64,000 nucleotides of DNA from Desulfatiglandales bacterium (GTDB taxonomy: Bacteria; Desulfobacterota; DSM-4660; Desulfatiglandales; Desulfatiglandaceae), in the NCBI GenBank assembly GCA_963666345.1, contig OY762721.1, positions 32,001 through 96,000 of the forward strand. The letters are read 5' to 3'. This document shows, piece by piece, positions 36,112 to 47,348 of this stretch (positions within the stretch are counted from its first letter, which is position 1; every line of letters begins with the position of its first letter). The position numbers and the translations under genes were made by a program. Under the pieces are notes generated by a model. It searched no databases, was not told the origin of the DNA, and saw nothing but the letters and a program-made list of their open reading frames with translations.

Positions 36112-37683
36112 CTAGCAGCGCATACCCCGTTTTTTTATCCCCAGGTTTTTCTTTTCCAGGTTATAGGCCATCTCAACCCATTCGCACAGAAGTGATCTGG
36201 TGTCTCGCGGGTCTATGATATCTTCTATACCGAATGCCTCGGCCGTCCTGAATGGGGAGCAGATTGCACGGTATGAATCCAGAAGATCCTTGAGGTATGC
36301 ATCGGGGTCTTCGGCCGCCTCTATTTCCGCACGGTGTGCCGCGTAAACCCCTCCCTCAGCCGGGATGTTGCCCCATACGGCAGAAGGCCAGGCGTATCGC
36401 CAGCTGAGCCGCATGCCGCTTTTCTGGGCGCCTCCGGCAACGCCGAAACATTTTCTTAGATATACCACGGCCAGGGGCACGGTCGCCTGTACGAGCGCGA
36501 AACTTGCCCGCACACCTTTCCGTATGGTGCCCATCTCTTCACTCTTTTTACCGATCGTAAAACCCGGCTGATCAGGCAGATTCACCAGAGGCAGGTGAAA
36601 TGTGTCACACATGTCTATGAAGCGCTGAAATTTTTCGGCAACATCAAAGTCGAAAGAGCCTGCCATGAACCTGCAGTCATTGGCAAGAACCCCCACAGGA
36701 TAACCGTTTAGCCTTGCAAGCCCTGTTATCTGAGAACGGCCCTGGTATTTTCCGATCTCAAAGAAGGAGCCCTTATCCAGAATCATGTCGAGGATACGGC
36801 GGATATCATAGGTCTTTTTCCCGTCCTTGGGGATAATGCCGGTCAGTTCCTCCTCCTGTCGCCGAGGGTCGTCCTTTTCGGCGTCTTTTCGTTCCGGCAT
36901 CTCCCACACATTGGGTGGCAGATATGACAGGAAACGTTTGGCCTGGGCCAGGGCGTCCTCTTCGTCTTCAGCCTCGTTATCCACAACGCCTGTAAGGCGC
37001 GTGTGAAGTCTGTAGCCCCCAAGCTCCTCTTTTGTCATGTCTTGACCGAATGCCGCTTTTACAAGGGGAGGCCCCCCAACAAAAACATGGGCCTTTTCCT
37101 TGACCATGACCGAAAAGTGGCTTTGGACCATATACATGGCTCCTATTCCAGCAACCGAACCGAATCCAAGGGCCACAACAGGTATTTCAGAGAGGATTTC
37201 CACCCGGTTCTGGGTCGTTTCATCCCCGGAACTGGGAATTTCCGTGTAACCTATATCCAGTATCTCGCGGATTGATCCGCCGGCGCCTTCCAGAAGCCGG
37301 ATCATGGGCAAACGGAAGGTGCGGGCCATCTTAAGGAAATAGGCCCCCTTGCTCTTGTACATGCGACCGACCGAGGCCCCTTTTACCGTGAAGTCATCAC
37401 CGTGGATTGCCACCCTGCGCCCATCTACGAACCCCAGGCCCATGATGAAGGGGCATGGAATAACGTCCTTCAGCTTGGACTTGTCTGTGTCATCGTAGGT
37501 AGCCACTCCAGCCAGAACGCCCCGTTCACGAAAGGATTCCTTGTCACACAAGCAATCGATCCTCTCCCTGACGGTCATCTTGCCGTGCCGGTGCTGTTTT
37601 TCGACATTAGCCTCTCCGCCCATCTGGTAGGCGATCTTTTTTCTTTCCTCAAGTTCTTCCAGCTCTTGATCCCACATCCGCAT
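36112..37683 (-). CDS. Acyl-CoA carboxyltransferase domain protein (second, distant paralogue)
   Basis: GKMTVRERI, DDFTVKG, FVGGPPLV, EELGG, CDTFHLP and EDIIDPRDTR motifs. Confidence 0.9.
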   Translation of the reverse strand: MRMWDQELEELEERKKIAYQMGGEANVEKQHRHGKMTVRERIDCLCDKESFRERGVLAGVATYDDTDKSKLKDVIPCPFIMGLGFVDGRRVAIHGDDFTVKGASVGRMYKSKGAYFLKMARTFRLPMIRLLEGAGGSIREILDIGYTEIPSSGDETTQNRVEILSEIPVVALGFGSVAGIGAMYMVQSHFSVMVKEKAHVFVGGPPLVKAAFGQDMTKEELGGYRLHTRLTGVVDNEAEDEEDALAQAKRFLSYLPPNVWEMPERKDAEKDDPRRQEEELTGIIPKDGKKTYDIRRILDMILDKGSFFEIGKYQGRSQITGLARLNGYPVGVLANDCRFMAGSFDFDVAEKFQRFIDMCDTFHLPLVNLPDQPGFTIGKKSEEMGTIRKGVRASFALVQATVPLAVVYLRKCFGVAGGAQKSGMRLSWRYAWPSAVWGNIPAEGGVYAAHRAEIEAAEDPDAYLKDLLDSYRAICSPFRTAEAFGIEDIIDPRDTRSLLCEWVEMAYNLEKKNLGIKKRGMRC

Positions 37684-38158
37684 GTCTCCCTTTAAATAAG
37701 ATCTCCCCGTCCATATTGTATGTAAATTTCTGTTGCTGATGAATCTTTGATGGTGCAGTCCAAAGGTGGATAAATGCCGTTGTGTGTCCCGGAATAATTA
37801 TTTCTTGAATTTATGAGAGCGTGAGTTTTCCACCAGGAGACCTCAAGGCTCCACCCAATAGTTGCGGGGAATTATTTACGGTTATTGATAAGAACTTGTA
37901 TTTTATGAGATGAAGTATGAAAATTTTTTTGTTTTATGTCAATTAGAAAGGCAGATATCGGTTGGGTATGGCTGCACAACTCAGCTGATGATGTATGTTG
38001 TACAAATAAGGCTTTAGGCAGCATATCGGTAACGATAATTCAAGACGCACTGCGGCGCGGCATTAATCCTGGTGGGCTTCGTGATTGAATTACTTGTGGA
38101 GATGAAAATGATAATGTGAGTAGTAGTCTTAAACAGAATTCTGATATTTATTTTCACT

Positions 38159-38188
38159 TTGACATATAACATATAAAATCAGTATAAT
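38159..38188 (+). promoter_or_regulatory. Sigma70 promoter
   Basis: TTGACA-18 nt-TATAAT about 200 nt upstream of the 38388 ORF. Confidence 0.6.
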
Positions 38189-38387
38189 AATATTTGATAT
38201 TTGAGCGAAGGAGGGTCTGCTGTTTTGCGGGGTAGATGCCTTTTATAATCCCAAGTCACAAAGTCTTCATGCACTTTTTTCCCCTCCTTCACACGGAAAG
38301 TGAAAATCCGGGGAACCTCCTTTAAGGAAAGGGGCCCGGTTAACACGATTCTATCCGCCTAAGTCTTCAATATAAAGAGAGAATGCC

Positions 38388-39092
38388 ATGAAATCCCTGA
38401 AACGAATGGTAATGTTTTTTGCTGCTCTGTGTATCCTTTCACCCTTCGGCAATTTTATCACCGCTTACGGGCAGGCCTCCTCCGTAAGCACTCTGGCAAT
38501 CCTGCCTTTCGACAATAACTCTGTCACTGACCCCGAACGCTACACCCCTTTGACGAACGGGCTTCCAGCCATGCTTATAACCGATATGAACAGGGAACAA
38601 AACCTTCTCAAGGTCATTGAAAGGGACAAAATCCGTTCTATTTTGGAGGAAATCGAATTCAATCAGACCGGCTTAGTGGACAGGGAAACCATGATTCGCG
38701 CCGGAAAATTGCTTGGCGCCCAGTCTATCGCATTCGGTTCCTTCATGGTAATGGGGGACATGGTCCGGATTGATGCTCGACTGGTAAAAACTGAAACCGG
38801 CGAGGTGCTCATGGCCGAGTCGACGAGCGGTAGCGCGAAACGCTTTCTTGATCTGGAAAAGGACCTCGTTCGAAAGATCGCACAAAATCTCGGGATCGCA
38901 CTTGAAACCGTTCAGACCGGAGGGAAAGAAAAAACGGGTTCCGATATCCAGGCGGCGCTTTTGTACTCCAAGGGTCTGGAGGCTATGGATAAGGGTGATA
39001 ACGATGAGGGACGGAAGTTTTTCAACCAATGTATCAAAGCGGACCCCTCATATCGGGAGCGCATTTCAGGTATCAAGGGTTTTCAGCAGTAA
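38388..39092 (+). CDS. Exported CsgG/FlgO (TolB-N-like) domain protein with C-terminal TPR
   Basis: Signal peptide; LAILPFDN, KVIERDKIRSILEE, GKLLGA and RIDARLVKTETGEV motifs. Confidence 0.8.
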   Translation: MKSLKRMVMFFAALCILSPFGNFITAYGQASSVSTLAILPFDNNSVTDPERYTPLTNGLPAMLITDMNREQNLLKVIERDKIRSILEEIEFNQTGLVDRETMIRAGKLLGAQSIAFGSFMVMGDMVRIDARLVKTETGEVLMAESTSGSAKRFLDLEKDLVRKIAQNLGIALETVQTGGKEKTGSDIQAALLYSKGLEAMDKGDNDEGRKFFNQCIKADPSYRERISGIKGFQQ

Positions 39093-39198
39093 CCCGGTTC
39101 GGCGTATATTCGAGTTCGATTGCCCGTTGGGGAAGAATGATCCCAGCGAAACCATATTGATGTCAGGCAATTTAACACCGTTGGAAGGAGGAGAACTT

Positions 39199-40425
39199 AT
39201 GTTGAAAAGAATTTTCTCCGTATTGGTTGGTTTGTTCATGATTGTCTCGTTTTTTTCCGGGTGCGTGACTATGGTGGAAAGTGAGGTGTTGTTCTCCAAA
39301 GGAAAATACAATGAAGTTATACCGATCTACAAAAAGAGCCTTGTTGAAGACCCGGATAATATTATGTTCAGGTCCAAACTGGGTTTCGCGTATCTCAAAA
39401 CGGGTCGAATTGACGAAGCTGTAAGCGAACTGGAGACCGTCCAGAGGATCAAGCCGGGAGAAGCCTACTCCGCCCTCTATCTGGGTATGGCTTACCTGAA
39501 TAAAGGAGATCTCTCTGATGCCATAAGGATATGGAAGGGGTACAAAAATGATTCCGCACCCATCGTGGAAGCGGAAATCAAACGTCAGTTGACTCTTCTG
39601 CTGATTGCCGATTCTCAGCGTCAGGCAAAAAAGGCCCTGGACACGGAGAAAAAACTCAAGACCGTTAAACCGGATCGTTATACTGTAGCCGTTTGCTACT
39701 ACGATGATCTTTCACCGGACAAATCTCTGAGTGCATTTCAGAAGGGTCTTGCAGTCATGGTTATAACGGACATGTCCAAGATCAAGTCGCTGAAGGTTGT
39801 GGAGCGGATACGACTTCAGAGCCTGCTGGAAGAAATGCAGTTGGGTCAGACCGGAATAGTTGATGCAAGCACGGCGCCTCGAGTGGGGCGTCTTCTGGGA
39901 GCTGAAAATCTTGTCGTTGGAAACATCATGATCGGCAGTTATACTGCGACCACTTCTTTATCCTCAACAAGCGCAGGGGATGTTATGGGAACCGGGCAGG
40001 TTACCGTACCGCAGAATCAATTCTTTGAGTTGCCGAAAAGTATTGTAACGCAGGCCACCGACATAATGGGTGTGCCCCTGTCCGCCCAGGAAGAAGCTGC
40101 CTTGGCCGTAGCGCAGACAAAAAGCTTCGAGGCGGTAACATTTTTCGGACAGGCCCTTCAGGCCATGGATGCAGGCAACTATGGAAACGCCAAGGCACTT
40201 TTTGCCATGGCCCTGGCAGAGGACCCTAATTTTGTTGCAGCACAAGAAGGGCTTGCTTCCTGCCCTAGTTCCTCTGCTCCCTCAAAAGACGCGCTTGAAG
40301 ATATGAGCATGTCAGAGATTGCAGATTCGATTAGCGCAGCGGTTGAATCTGCGCAAGACTCACAGGGGCAAAGTGATTCTGAATCGGACAGTGAAGGCGG
40401 CGGCGGAGGCGGAGGCGGATATTAA
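39199..40425 (+). CDS. TPR lipoprotein with CsgG-like domain
   Basis: GGAGG SD; lipobox FSG-C; TPR repeats; VVERIRLQSLLEEMQLGQTG and VGRLLGA; acidic Ser/Gly tail. Confidence 0.8.
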   Translation: MLKRIFSVLVGLFMIVSFFSGCVTMVESEVLFSKGKYNEVIPIYKKSLVEDPDNIMFRSKLGFAYLKTGRIDEAVSELETVQRIKPGEAYSALYLGMAYLNKGDLSDAIRIWKGYKNDSAPIVEAEIKRQLTLLLIADSQRQAKKALDTEKKLKTVKPDRYTVAVCYYDDLSPDKSLSAFQKGLAVMVITDMSKIKSLKVVERIRLQSLLEEMQLGQTGIVDASTAPRVGRLLGAENLVVGNIMIGSYTATTSLSSTSAGDVMGTGQVTVPQNQFFELPKSIVTQATDIMGVPLSAQEEAALAVAQTKSFEAVTFFGQALQAMDAGNYGNAKALFAMALAEDPNFVAAQEGLASCPSSSAPSKDALEDMSMSEIADSISAAVESAQDSQGQSDSESDSEGGGGGGGGY

Positions 40426-40544
40426 GTGGGCATCTGTTTGAAATTATTGTCCCCCAACTGGCTCGAAATCATCGTGAGAAATTGTCTGAGCCGCCTCCGG
40501 GGAATTTGTAAAATTTTAAAACTTTAACTGTTTTCAGGATATTG

Positions 40545-42206
40545 TCACTTCTCATTAAAGGTAATCCGACCGATAGTTTGCGCCGAACGATTGACAAATT
40601 CCGGAATGACCGCTGCCAATTGTGGACTGGCAAGCCGCGACAACAATACCGGCGGGCTGTCGTTACCATCAGCATCGATGTGGGTTAAAAATAGTTCGGA
40701 AAAGGGTGTGTTGACTTTGGAGGTAAACACCAGCCAGCGACTGTTGGGTGCCCAACTGTGCCAGGAGTTGAACAAAAGGGTATTACAACGCATCACCCGC
40801 GCTGGCCCGCCGCCGGCGGGCACCATCATCAGACGGCTGTCGGGCTGGGCCACCAATCCTGTTTTACACTGGGTAAATACAATCCAGCGACCGTCCGGAC
40901 TTACTCGGGGGAAATAATTGCTCATTTGATTATTGCTGGCGCCCGTTAATGGCTCAGCCGCTCCGCCAGCGCCATCATTGAAGGGTACCCGGTAAATATC
41001 GTATTGAATCCGGTAACGTTTGTTCAAGGTATGGATGTCCGTACCCGGCCGTACCTTTAACAGCCGTTTGGAACCGATGGCATTATGCAGGCCCTTATCC
41101 ACGGGCGCCCGGGCGAAATAGAGCGTTCGGCCGTCCGGGCTCCAAGCCGGGCTGGCCTGGACATAGTTGGGATCATCAGCGCCGGGTAACAGGTTGAACT
41201 TTTTGCTCTGGCGGTCATAAATGGCGATGCGGCCGGAAATAGGGAAAAAGAGCTGGGAAAAATCTAGACGATCCAGAATCGCCATGAATGGCTTTTCACC
41301 GACCGATGCAGCTACATAGCGGCCTTCGGGTGATATTTTCGCGAATAGCCCCATATTGGGTAGCTTTTCGATCACCGGCAAATCATTCCAGCTGATCACA
41401 TTCGATGGATCCATTTCCGGTTTTTGGTCAATGTCCGTCATCAAATAGCCGCCCTTATCGCCATGAAAATCCATGTCCAGACCAATTGTTTTACCATTAG
41501 CCGATACGCTATGGCAAAATGCACACTTGGGCATGTTTTTAATGACCGTACGCGGTTTTTGGTAACTGCAAAGATCGGCCAGACGCCATCGAAACTTTTT
41601 GGTGTTTTTAAATGCGTACTCAAACGGCAGGGGAATCTGCTGATATAACAGCGGCGCAACCACCTTATCCGGTGATATTGTAAACGAAAGATCGGCGTGT
41701 GAAACCACCTCTGCCGCTTCCTGTCCCAATCCCAAAACAGTCAGGCGTATTCCTCCTTTTTGGCCAAACACCTTTATGCGCTCCCATATTTCGCGTCCAG
41801 GCCGCCATTGAGTTACCCTGCTAATTACCCGGATACCATGGAAATGGGATTCAAAGTCGATTTTTATCAACCATTTGTTAACAGTCTTTGCCGTTTCCTT
41901 CCAAATAATATCGGGCGCTGCCAAATCAGCCGGAAATACGGACCCGTCAAAGGGATGTGTAATTTGCACCGATAGAGATGGTCGGCCCTGTTGTTCCGCC
42001 GCAAGGATAGTTTTTAATTGCCGCTGTAATGCCGACCGGTGATTCTCGAATAGGCCGAGTTTATGCCCTAAAATCAGATCGCCGGATTCGAGGTCCGGGG
42101 TTACGGTCATGGTGGTACAGGCCATTATCACAATAAGGCCCAACACAATCGATATATACAAAACAACTCGAGTAAGGTTCCGTGATTTCCGCCCGATTTC
42201 TTTCAT
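40545..42206 (-). CDS. TolB-like (PD40 beta-propeller) lipoprotein with a CxxCH motif
   Basis: Lipobox-like IMA-C; repeats PAWSPDG, PRVSPDG and HSWAPNS; CAFCH. Start is uncertain (42206 or 42236). Confidence 0.78.
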   Translation of the reverse strand: MKEIGRKSRNLTRVVLYISIVLGLIVIMACTTMTVTPDLESGDLILGHKLGLFENHRSALQRQLKTILAAEQQGRPSLSVQITHPFDGSVFPADLAAPDIIWKETAKTVNKWLIKIDFESHFHGIRVISRVTQWRPGREIWERIKVFGQKGGIRLTVLGLGQEAAEVVSHADLSFTISPDKVVAPLLYQQIPLPFEYAFKNTKKFRWRLADLCSYQKPRTVIKNMPKCAFCHSVSANGKTIGLDMDFHGDKGGYLMTDIDQKPEMDPSNVISWNDLPVIEKLPNMGLFAKISPEGRYVAASVGEKPFMAILDRLDFSQLFFPISGRIAIYDRQSKKFNLLPGADDPNYVQASPAWSPDGRTLYFARAPVDKGLHNAIGSKRLLKVRPGTDIHTLNKRYRIQYDIYRVPFNDGAGGAAEPLTGASNNQMSNYFPRVSPDGRWIVFTQCKTGLVAQPDSRLMMVPAGGGPARVMRCNTLLFNSWHSWAPNSRWLVFTSKVNTPFSELFLTHIDADGNDSPPVLLSRLASPQLAAVIPEFVNRSAQTIGRITFNEK

Positions 42207-42727
42207 AACCAGTCTCCATAAATGACTTTTTGCCATGCACACCAACTCTTGAATGGGATAAGAGTAGCATAAAAAAGTCAAGCTTTTTTCCAAGAGTTTT
42301 TGTCAGACGACTTATCCTCTAGCAATCCGGGTTGTTTTTTCAACCTGAAACGAGCGTAAAGGTTTAGGAAAGTAAGCGTGAAAGATTTCGACGTAGCCGT
42401 CTGACGGCCAGATGAATTCAACAGTAAATGATTTCAATGATTTAGAATGCTGGATTTTAATGGATTGCGACGAATTATGGTGTGATTTTGCACCCTATAA
42501 GCAGCCTGAGAGGAAAGAAAGTAAATATTCGACCCCAGAGGGGCCGGCTTTGAGTTAACCCCTATAAGGGGATAAATAGCCTTGCCCCCTGAGGAGGCAA
42601 GGTTAAGTTGTCCCCAGTTCTTGATTAGTATTCGGATTTCTCAGAGGCCTTTTCTCTTGGCTCTTGATATGGCAGATAAATTAGGGAGATATTTTTAATG
42701 ATTACTTGGTTTAAAATTGAAGTATTT

Positions 42728-42766
42728 AAAAAAAGGGCTTCAAAAGTATAATCTTCTGAAACCCTT
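42728..42766 (-). terminator. Terminator after tRNA-Val/tRNA-Asp
   Basis: Minus strand AAGGGTTTCAGAAG...CTTTTGAAGCCC followed by a T-run. Confidence 0.65.
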
Positions 42767-42774
42767 GTTATTCG

Positions 42775-42853
42775 TGGCGGGGACGACGAGACTCGAACTC
42801 GCGACCTCCGGCGTGACAGGCCGGCGTTCTAACCGAAACTGAACTACGTCCCC
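42775..42853 (-). tRNA. tRNA-Asp(GTC)
   Basis: Cloverleaf GGGGACG/CGTCCCC, anticodon loop CTGTCAC, TTCGA T-loop, encoded CCA. Confidence 0.97.
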
Positions 42854-42866
42854 GGGTTTTTTTATG

Positions 42867-42942
42867 TGGTAGGCGGAACGGGGATTGAACCCGTGACCCC
42901 CGGCTTGTAAGGCCGATGCTCTCCCATCTGAGCTACCCGCCT
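42867..42942 (-). tRNA. tRNA-Val(TAC)
   Basis: Cloverleaf AGGCGGG/TCCGCCT, anticodon loop CTTACAA, encoded CCA. Confidence 0.97.
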
Positions 42943-42992
42943 AAAGCGAAGAGAGATGTTTACCAGTTAAACACTGCCTTGTCAAGCTAAAT

Positions 42993-45476
42993 TCAATGCG
43001 CGGTTATGTCTTTATTCCGCACTTTCTTGGTTGAGTCCTTTTCAGCACTAGTAATGTCGGTAAGACAGAAGGGGGCACGTTCATCCTTCGGTGCAAAGAG
43101 TTCTTCCCCCGGTGAAAGTACAAGCGCGTTTTCAAGGACGCTGTCAATATGGTCCACAAGAACAAGCTCAACCTTTTTTAGAATTTTCTTGGGTATTTCT
43201 TCGATATCCTTTTTATTTTCGAGTGGTAAAAGAACTTTTTTAACATCTCCTCTGTGGGCTGCCAAGATCTTTTCCTTGAGTCCTCCAATAGGAAGAACAC
43301 GTCCCCTCAAGGTTATTTCACCTGTCATGGCGATGTCCCTGTATACCTTTTTTCCGGTAAGCGCAGATACAATGGACGTAGCGAGCGTTATTCCCGCAGA
43401 AGGGCCGTCCTTTGGAATGGCACCTTCAGGCACATGCACGTGAATGTCCATTTTTTCATAAAAATTGTCAGGAAGCCTTAACTGGCGGGCTCGCGATCGT
43501 ACGTAGCTGAGTGCGGCCTGGGCCGATTCCTGCATTACCTCTCCAAGCTGACCGGTGAGAACCAAGCTGCCCTTTCCCGGCATTATGGTGGCTTCCGTCT
43601 GTAGTAATTCGCCTCCCACCTCGGTCCAGGCGAGTCCTGTGGTAACGCCCACGGCATTGCTTTCTTCAGTTCGTCCATACCTGTATTTTTGCACCCCGAG
43701 GTATCGGTGAATCGACTGGGCCTTTACCGATATCGACATGCCTTCCTTACCCGCCACTATCTTTCTGGCAACCTTCCGGCAGATAGAAGCGATCTCCCTT
43801 TCGAGATTTCTGACTCCTGCCTCTTTGGTATAGTTTCTTATAATGGTAAGTATGGCTTTGTCACTGAAAGAGAGCTGGTCCGGCTGAAGTCCGTTTTCAT
43901 CAATCTGCTTTCTTATGAGAAACTGTTTGGCAATATTGAGCTTTTCAAGCTCCGTATAACCTGGAAGCCTGATAATTTCCATTCTGTCCTGCAGCGGCAG
44001 AGGTATATTATGCAGGATGTTGGCGGTAGTAATAAAGAAGACGTCAGACAGATCGTAATCGAGATCCAGATAATGGTCGTTAAATGCGTAATTCTGCTCT
44101 GGATCAAGGACCTCGAGGAGTGCTGAAGATGGATCTCCCCTGAAATCGGTACTCATCTTGTCTACCTCATCCAGACAGAATACAGGGTTGTTCGATTTGG
44201 CCTTTTTTAAAAATTGGAGTATCTTGCCGGGAAGCGCCCCTATATATGTCCTTCTGTGCCCCCTGATTTCCGCCTCATCTCTGACTCCTCCAAGAGAAAG
44301 CCTTACAAAGTTGCGGTCTGTGGCCCTAGCAACGGATTTTGCAAGAGATGTCTTTCCAACTCCGGGAGGTCCGACCAGGCAGAGTATGGGACCTTTCATC
44401 TTCTTGGTGAGATGCTGAACTGCAAGATATTCGAGAATCCTCTCTTTCGGCTTTTTGAGCCCATAGTGATCCTGTTCGAGGATCGTTTCGGCCTCTTCGA
44501 TATCGAGTTTGATCTTAGTCTTATCAAACCAGGGAAGGGCGAGTATCCAGTCTATGTAATTTCTTACGACAGTTCCCTCGGCAGACATGGGGGACATCAT
44601 CTTAAGTTTCTTGAACTCCTGTTTCACCCTGAAATGGGCCTCTTTTGTGAGTCTTTTTTTCTTTATCCTCTTTTCCAGTTCATCCAGTTCCGCCTTGAAA
44701 TCATCCTTGGTGCCCATCTCCTTCTGTATCGCGCGCATCTGTTCGTTCAGGTAATAGTCCTTCTGGGTTTTCTCCATCTGTTTCTTGACCCTGGTCCTGA
44801 GGCGATTTTCAAGTCGAAGTATGTCCAGTTCATTGTTGAGGTTTCCAAATAAGCGCTCCAGGCGTTTGTTGAGATCCAGCATCTCAAGCAATTCCTGCTT
44901 ATCGCTTACCTGGAGTGCGAGATGCCCGGCTATGGTGTCCGCAAGTCTCCCGGGGTTTTCAATTGAGGTCACGGTGGTTACGACCTCTTCGCTTATCTTG
45001 TTGTTTAACTTGGCATATTCCTCAAAGTTGCTGTTTATTGACCTCATGAGGGCACGGGTCTCGTTGTCTATCTCGGATCTGTCCTGAAAGGTAACGGCAT
45101 TAACCATGAAAAAGCCGTGGAGCTCCTGGAAATTATCTATCTTGCCCCTTTTTTTCCCTTCTATAAGGGCCTTTACAGTGCCGTCGGGAAGCTTGAGGAG
45201 TTGTAAAACACTGCTCAACGTTCCGAAAGAATAGATATCCTCGGGTGAAGGGTTATCCACCTTGGCGTCCTTCTGTGTGGCGAGGAAGATTTCCTTATGA
45301 TGAGCCATGGCATATTCCAGGGCCTTTATCGACCTCTCCCTGCCCACAAAAAGAGGGACTACCACGTTGGGAAACACGACAACGTCTCTCAAAGGCAGAA
45401 GAGGATAGAATATCCTTTCAAGATTATCGATATCTGGTACGTCTTTATTTGTTGAGTTAAACATGTCATCAACCAT
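42993..45476 (-). CDS. lon: Lon protease
   Basis: [29 protein letters not shown] and IGGLKEK motifs. Alternative start at 45464. Confidence 0.98.
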   Translation of the reverse strand: MVDDMFNSTNKDVPDIDNLERIFYPLLPLRDVVVFPNVVVPLFVGRERSIKALEYAMAHHKEIFLATQKDAKVDNPSPEDIYSFGTLSSVLQLLKLPDGTVKALIEGKKRGKIDNFQELHGFFMVNAVTFQDRSEIDNETRALMRSINSNFEEYAKLNNKISEEVVTTVTSIENPGRLADTIAGHLALQVSDKQELLEMLDLNKRLERLFGNLNNELDILRLENRLRTRVKKQMEKTQKDYYLNEQMRAIQKEMGTKDDFKAELDELEKRIKKKRLTKEAHFRVKQEFKKLKMMSPMSAEGTVVRNYIDWILALPWFDKTKIKLDIEEAETILEQDHYGLKKPKERILEYLAVQHLTKKMKGPILCLVGPPGVGKTSLAKSVARATDRNFVRLSLGGVRDEAEIRGHRRTYIGALPGKILQFLKKAKSNNPVFCLDEVDKMSTDFRGDPSSALLEVLDPEQNYAFNDHYLDLDYDLSDVFFITTANILHNIPLPLQDRMEIIRLPGYTELEKLNIAKQFLIRKQIDENGLQPDQLSFSDKAILTIIRNYTKEAGVRNLEREIASICRKVARKIVAGKEGMSISVKAQSIHRYLGVQKYRYGRTEESNAVGVTTGLAWTEVGGELLQTEATIMPGKGSLVLTGQLGEVMQESAQAALSYVRSRARQLRLPDNFYEKMDIHVHVPEGAIPKDGPSAGITLATSIVSALTGKKVYRDIAMTGEITLRGRVLPIGGLKEKILAAHRGDVKKVLLPLENKKDIEEIPKKILKKVELVLVDHIDSVLENALVLSPGEELFAPKDERAPFCLTDITSAEKDSTKKVRNKDITAH

Positions 45477-46719
45477 ATTTCACCTTGTTTTCATAGAGGA
45501 TAAGAGGCGATTCTCCATTAGTTATAACCTCTTCTCCTATTATGCACTCTCTTATTTCTTTGTTAGTGGGGATATCGTACATGATGTCCAGCATGACGGA
45601 CTCCAGTATGGCCCGAAGTCCCCTGGCCCCTGATTTTCTTTGGAGGGCATCTTTTGCAACAGCCGTCAGGGCCTCATCCGTGAATTTGAGTTCTACCCCT
45701 TCAAGCTCGAATAGTTTTTTGTACTGTTTTACAAGTGCGTTTTTGGGTTCAGTAAGAATTCTGACGAGAGCATCAAGACTTAATTCATCCAGTGTCGCGG
45801 CAATAGGTATCCTGCCGATGAACTCCGGGATAAGGCCGAATTTTATCAGGTCTTCAGGCTGAACTTGAGACATCACCTCGTTGACGTCGATGTCACCTTC
45901 CCCCTGAATATCCGCCTCGAACCCCATCATCTTGCTTCCGATCCGGTTTCTGATGATCTTATCAAGTCCGTTGAACATGCCCCCGCAGATAAAGAGTATG
46001 TTGCTGGTATCGACCTTGACGAAATCCTGCTGAGGATGTTTTCGGCCGCCTTTGGGCGGAACATTCGCCATCGTTCCCTCGATTATCTTTAGCAGTGCCT
46101 GCTGAACGCCTTCACCCGATACGTCGCGTGTTATAGAAGGGCTGTCCGATTTACGGGCGATTTTGTCAATTTCGTCAATGTAGACTATACCCTTGCAGGC
46201 CTCATCCACGTCATAGTCTGCCATTTGGACCAGGTTGAGGATTATATTTTCCACATCCTCACCCACGTAGCCGGCCTCAGTGAGCGTTGTGGCATCTGCA
46301 ATGGTAAATGGTACGTTGAGCACCCTTGCCAGTGTCTGAGCGAGAAGTGTCTTTCCGGATCCTGTCGGACCTATGAGAAGGATATTGCTTTTCTCTATCT
46401 CCACACCCTCCATGTCGATTTTTGTGGCAATCCGCTTGTAATGGTTGTGTACAGCCACGGAGAGGACCTTTTTTGCCTTTTCCTGCTCAATAACGTACTG
46501 GTCAAGGATATCCTTGATCTCTGCAGGTTTGAGCAATTGAGCCTTCGAGTCCTCCTCTTCTTCCTGAGTGTATTCCTCAGCTATTATCTCGTTACAGAGC
46601 TGAATGCACTCGTCGCAGATGTATACTGAAGGACCGGCTATCAGCTTTTTAACCTCTTCCTGACTCTTTCCGCAAAAGGAACAGAGAAGTTCGTCACCGG
46701 TATCTTTGTTATTACTCAT
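45469..46719 (-). CDS. clpX: ATP-dependent Clp protease ATPase subunit
   Basis: CSFCGK..ICDEC zinc domain, GPTGSGKT and [10 protein letters not shown]. Confidence 0.98.
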   Translation of the reverse strand: MSNNKDTGDELLCSFCGKSQEEVKKLIAGPSVYICDECIQLCNEIIAEEYTQEEEEDSKAQLLKPAEIKDILDQYVIEQEKAKKVLSVAVHNHYKRIATKIDMEGVEIEKSNILLIGPTGSGKTLLAQTLARVLNVPFTIADATTLTEAGYVGEDVENIILNLVQMADYDVDEACKGIVYIDEIDKIARKSDSPSITRDVSGEGVQQALLKIIEGTMANVPPKGGRKHPQQDFVKVDTSNILFICGGMFNGLDKIIRNRIGSKMMGFEADIQGEGDIDVNEVMSQVQPEDLIKFGLIPEFIGRIPIAATLDELSLDALVRILTEPKNALVKQYKKLFELEGVELKFTDEALTAVAKDALQRKSGARGLRAILESVMLDIMYDIPTNKEIRECIIGEEVITNGESPLILYENKVKYG

Positions 46720-46733
46720 ATCTCAGGTAACCT

Positions 46734-47339
46734 CTACTTTTTTTCTGATAAGTGCTGTATTTCTCTTGTGGTTATGACCTTGTCAATTATTCCGTATTTT
46801 TTTGCCTCTTCACTGCCCATGAAGTAGTCGCGCTCGGTGTCTTTTTCTATCTTTTTAAGGTTTTGCCCTGTGTGATCAGCAAGGATTTTGTTGAGAGACT
46901 CCCTTACCTTGAGTATCTCTCTGGCGTGGATGTCTATGTCTGTAGCCTGGCCCTGAGCACCTCCAAGAGGCTGGTGTATCAATATTCTTGAATGGGGAAG
47001 GGCGTAGCGCTTTCCTTTTGCACCTGCAGCAAGAAGAAGCGCGGCCATGCTGGCCGTCTGTCCTATGCATATGGTTGTGATATCAGATTTGATATACTGC
47101 ATGGTATCATAGATGGCCATGCCGGCTGTCACCGAACCGCCGGGGGAATTTATATATACATTTATGTCTTTATCCGGGTCTTCAGATTCCAGAAACAGCA
47201 TCTGAGCAATAATCGTATTGGCCATGCCGTCATTTATCTGATCACCCATAAATATAATGCGGTCCTTTAAAAGCCTTGAGTATATGTCATAGGCTCTTTC
47301 GCCGCGGCTCGACTGTTCTATAACCATTGGTATAAGCAT
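46734..47339 (-). CDS. clpP: Clp protease proteolytic subunit
   Basis: [22 protein letters not shown] and IHQPLGG motifs. Confidence 0.98.
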   Translation of the reverse strand: MLIPMVIEQSSRGERAYDIYSRLLKDRIIFMGDQINDGMANTIIAQMLFLESEDPDKDINVYINSPGGSVTAGMAIYDTMQYIKSDITTICIGQTASMAALLLAAGAKGKRYALPHSRILIHQPLGGAQGQATDIDIHAREILKVRESLNKILADHTGQNLKKIEKDTERDYFMGSEEAKKYGIIDKVITTREIQHLSEKK

Positions 47340-47348
47340 TTTGATGTC

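Noticed and set aside
38848..39198. 117-aa N-terminal extension of the TPR lipoprotein in the ORF track
   Set aside because: It overlaps the upstream gene; the SD and lipoprotein signal indicate the start at 39199.
42302..42405. Possible MITE bounded by GTCAGACGACT/AGCCGTCTGAC near tRNA-Asp
   Set aside because: The inverted repeat is only 11 bp with a mismatch. I found no target duplication, second copy, integrase or duplicated tRNA 3' end.
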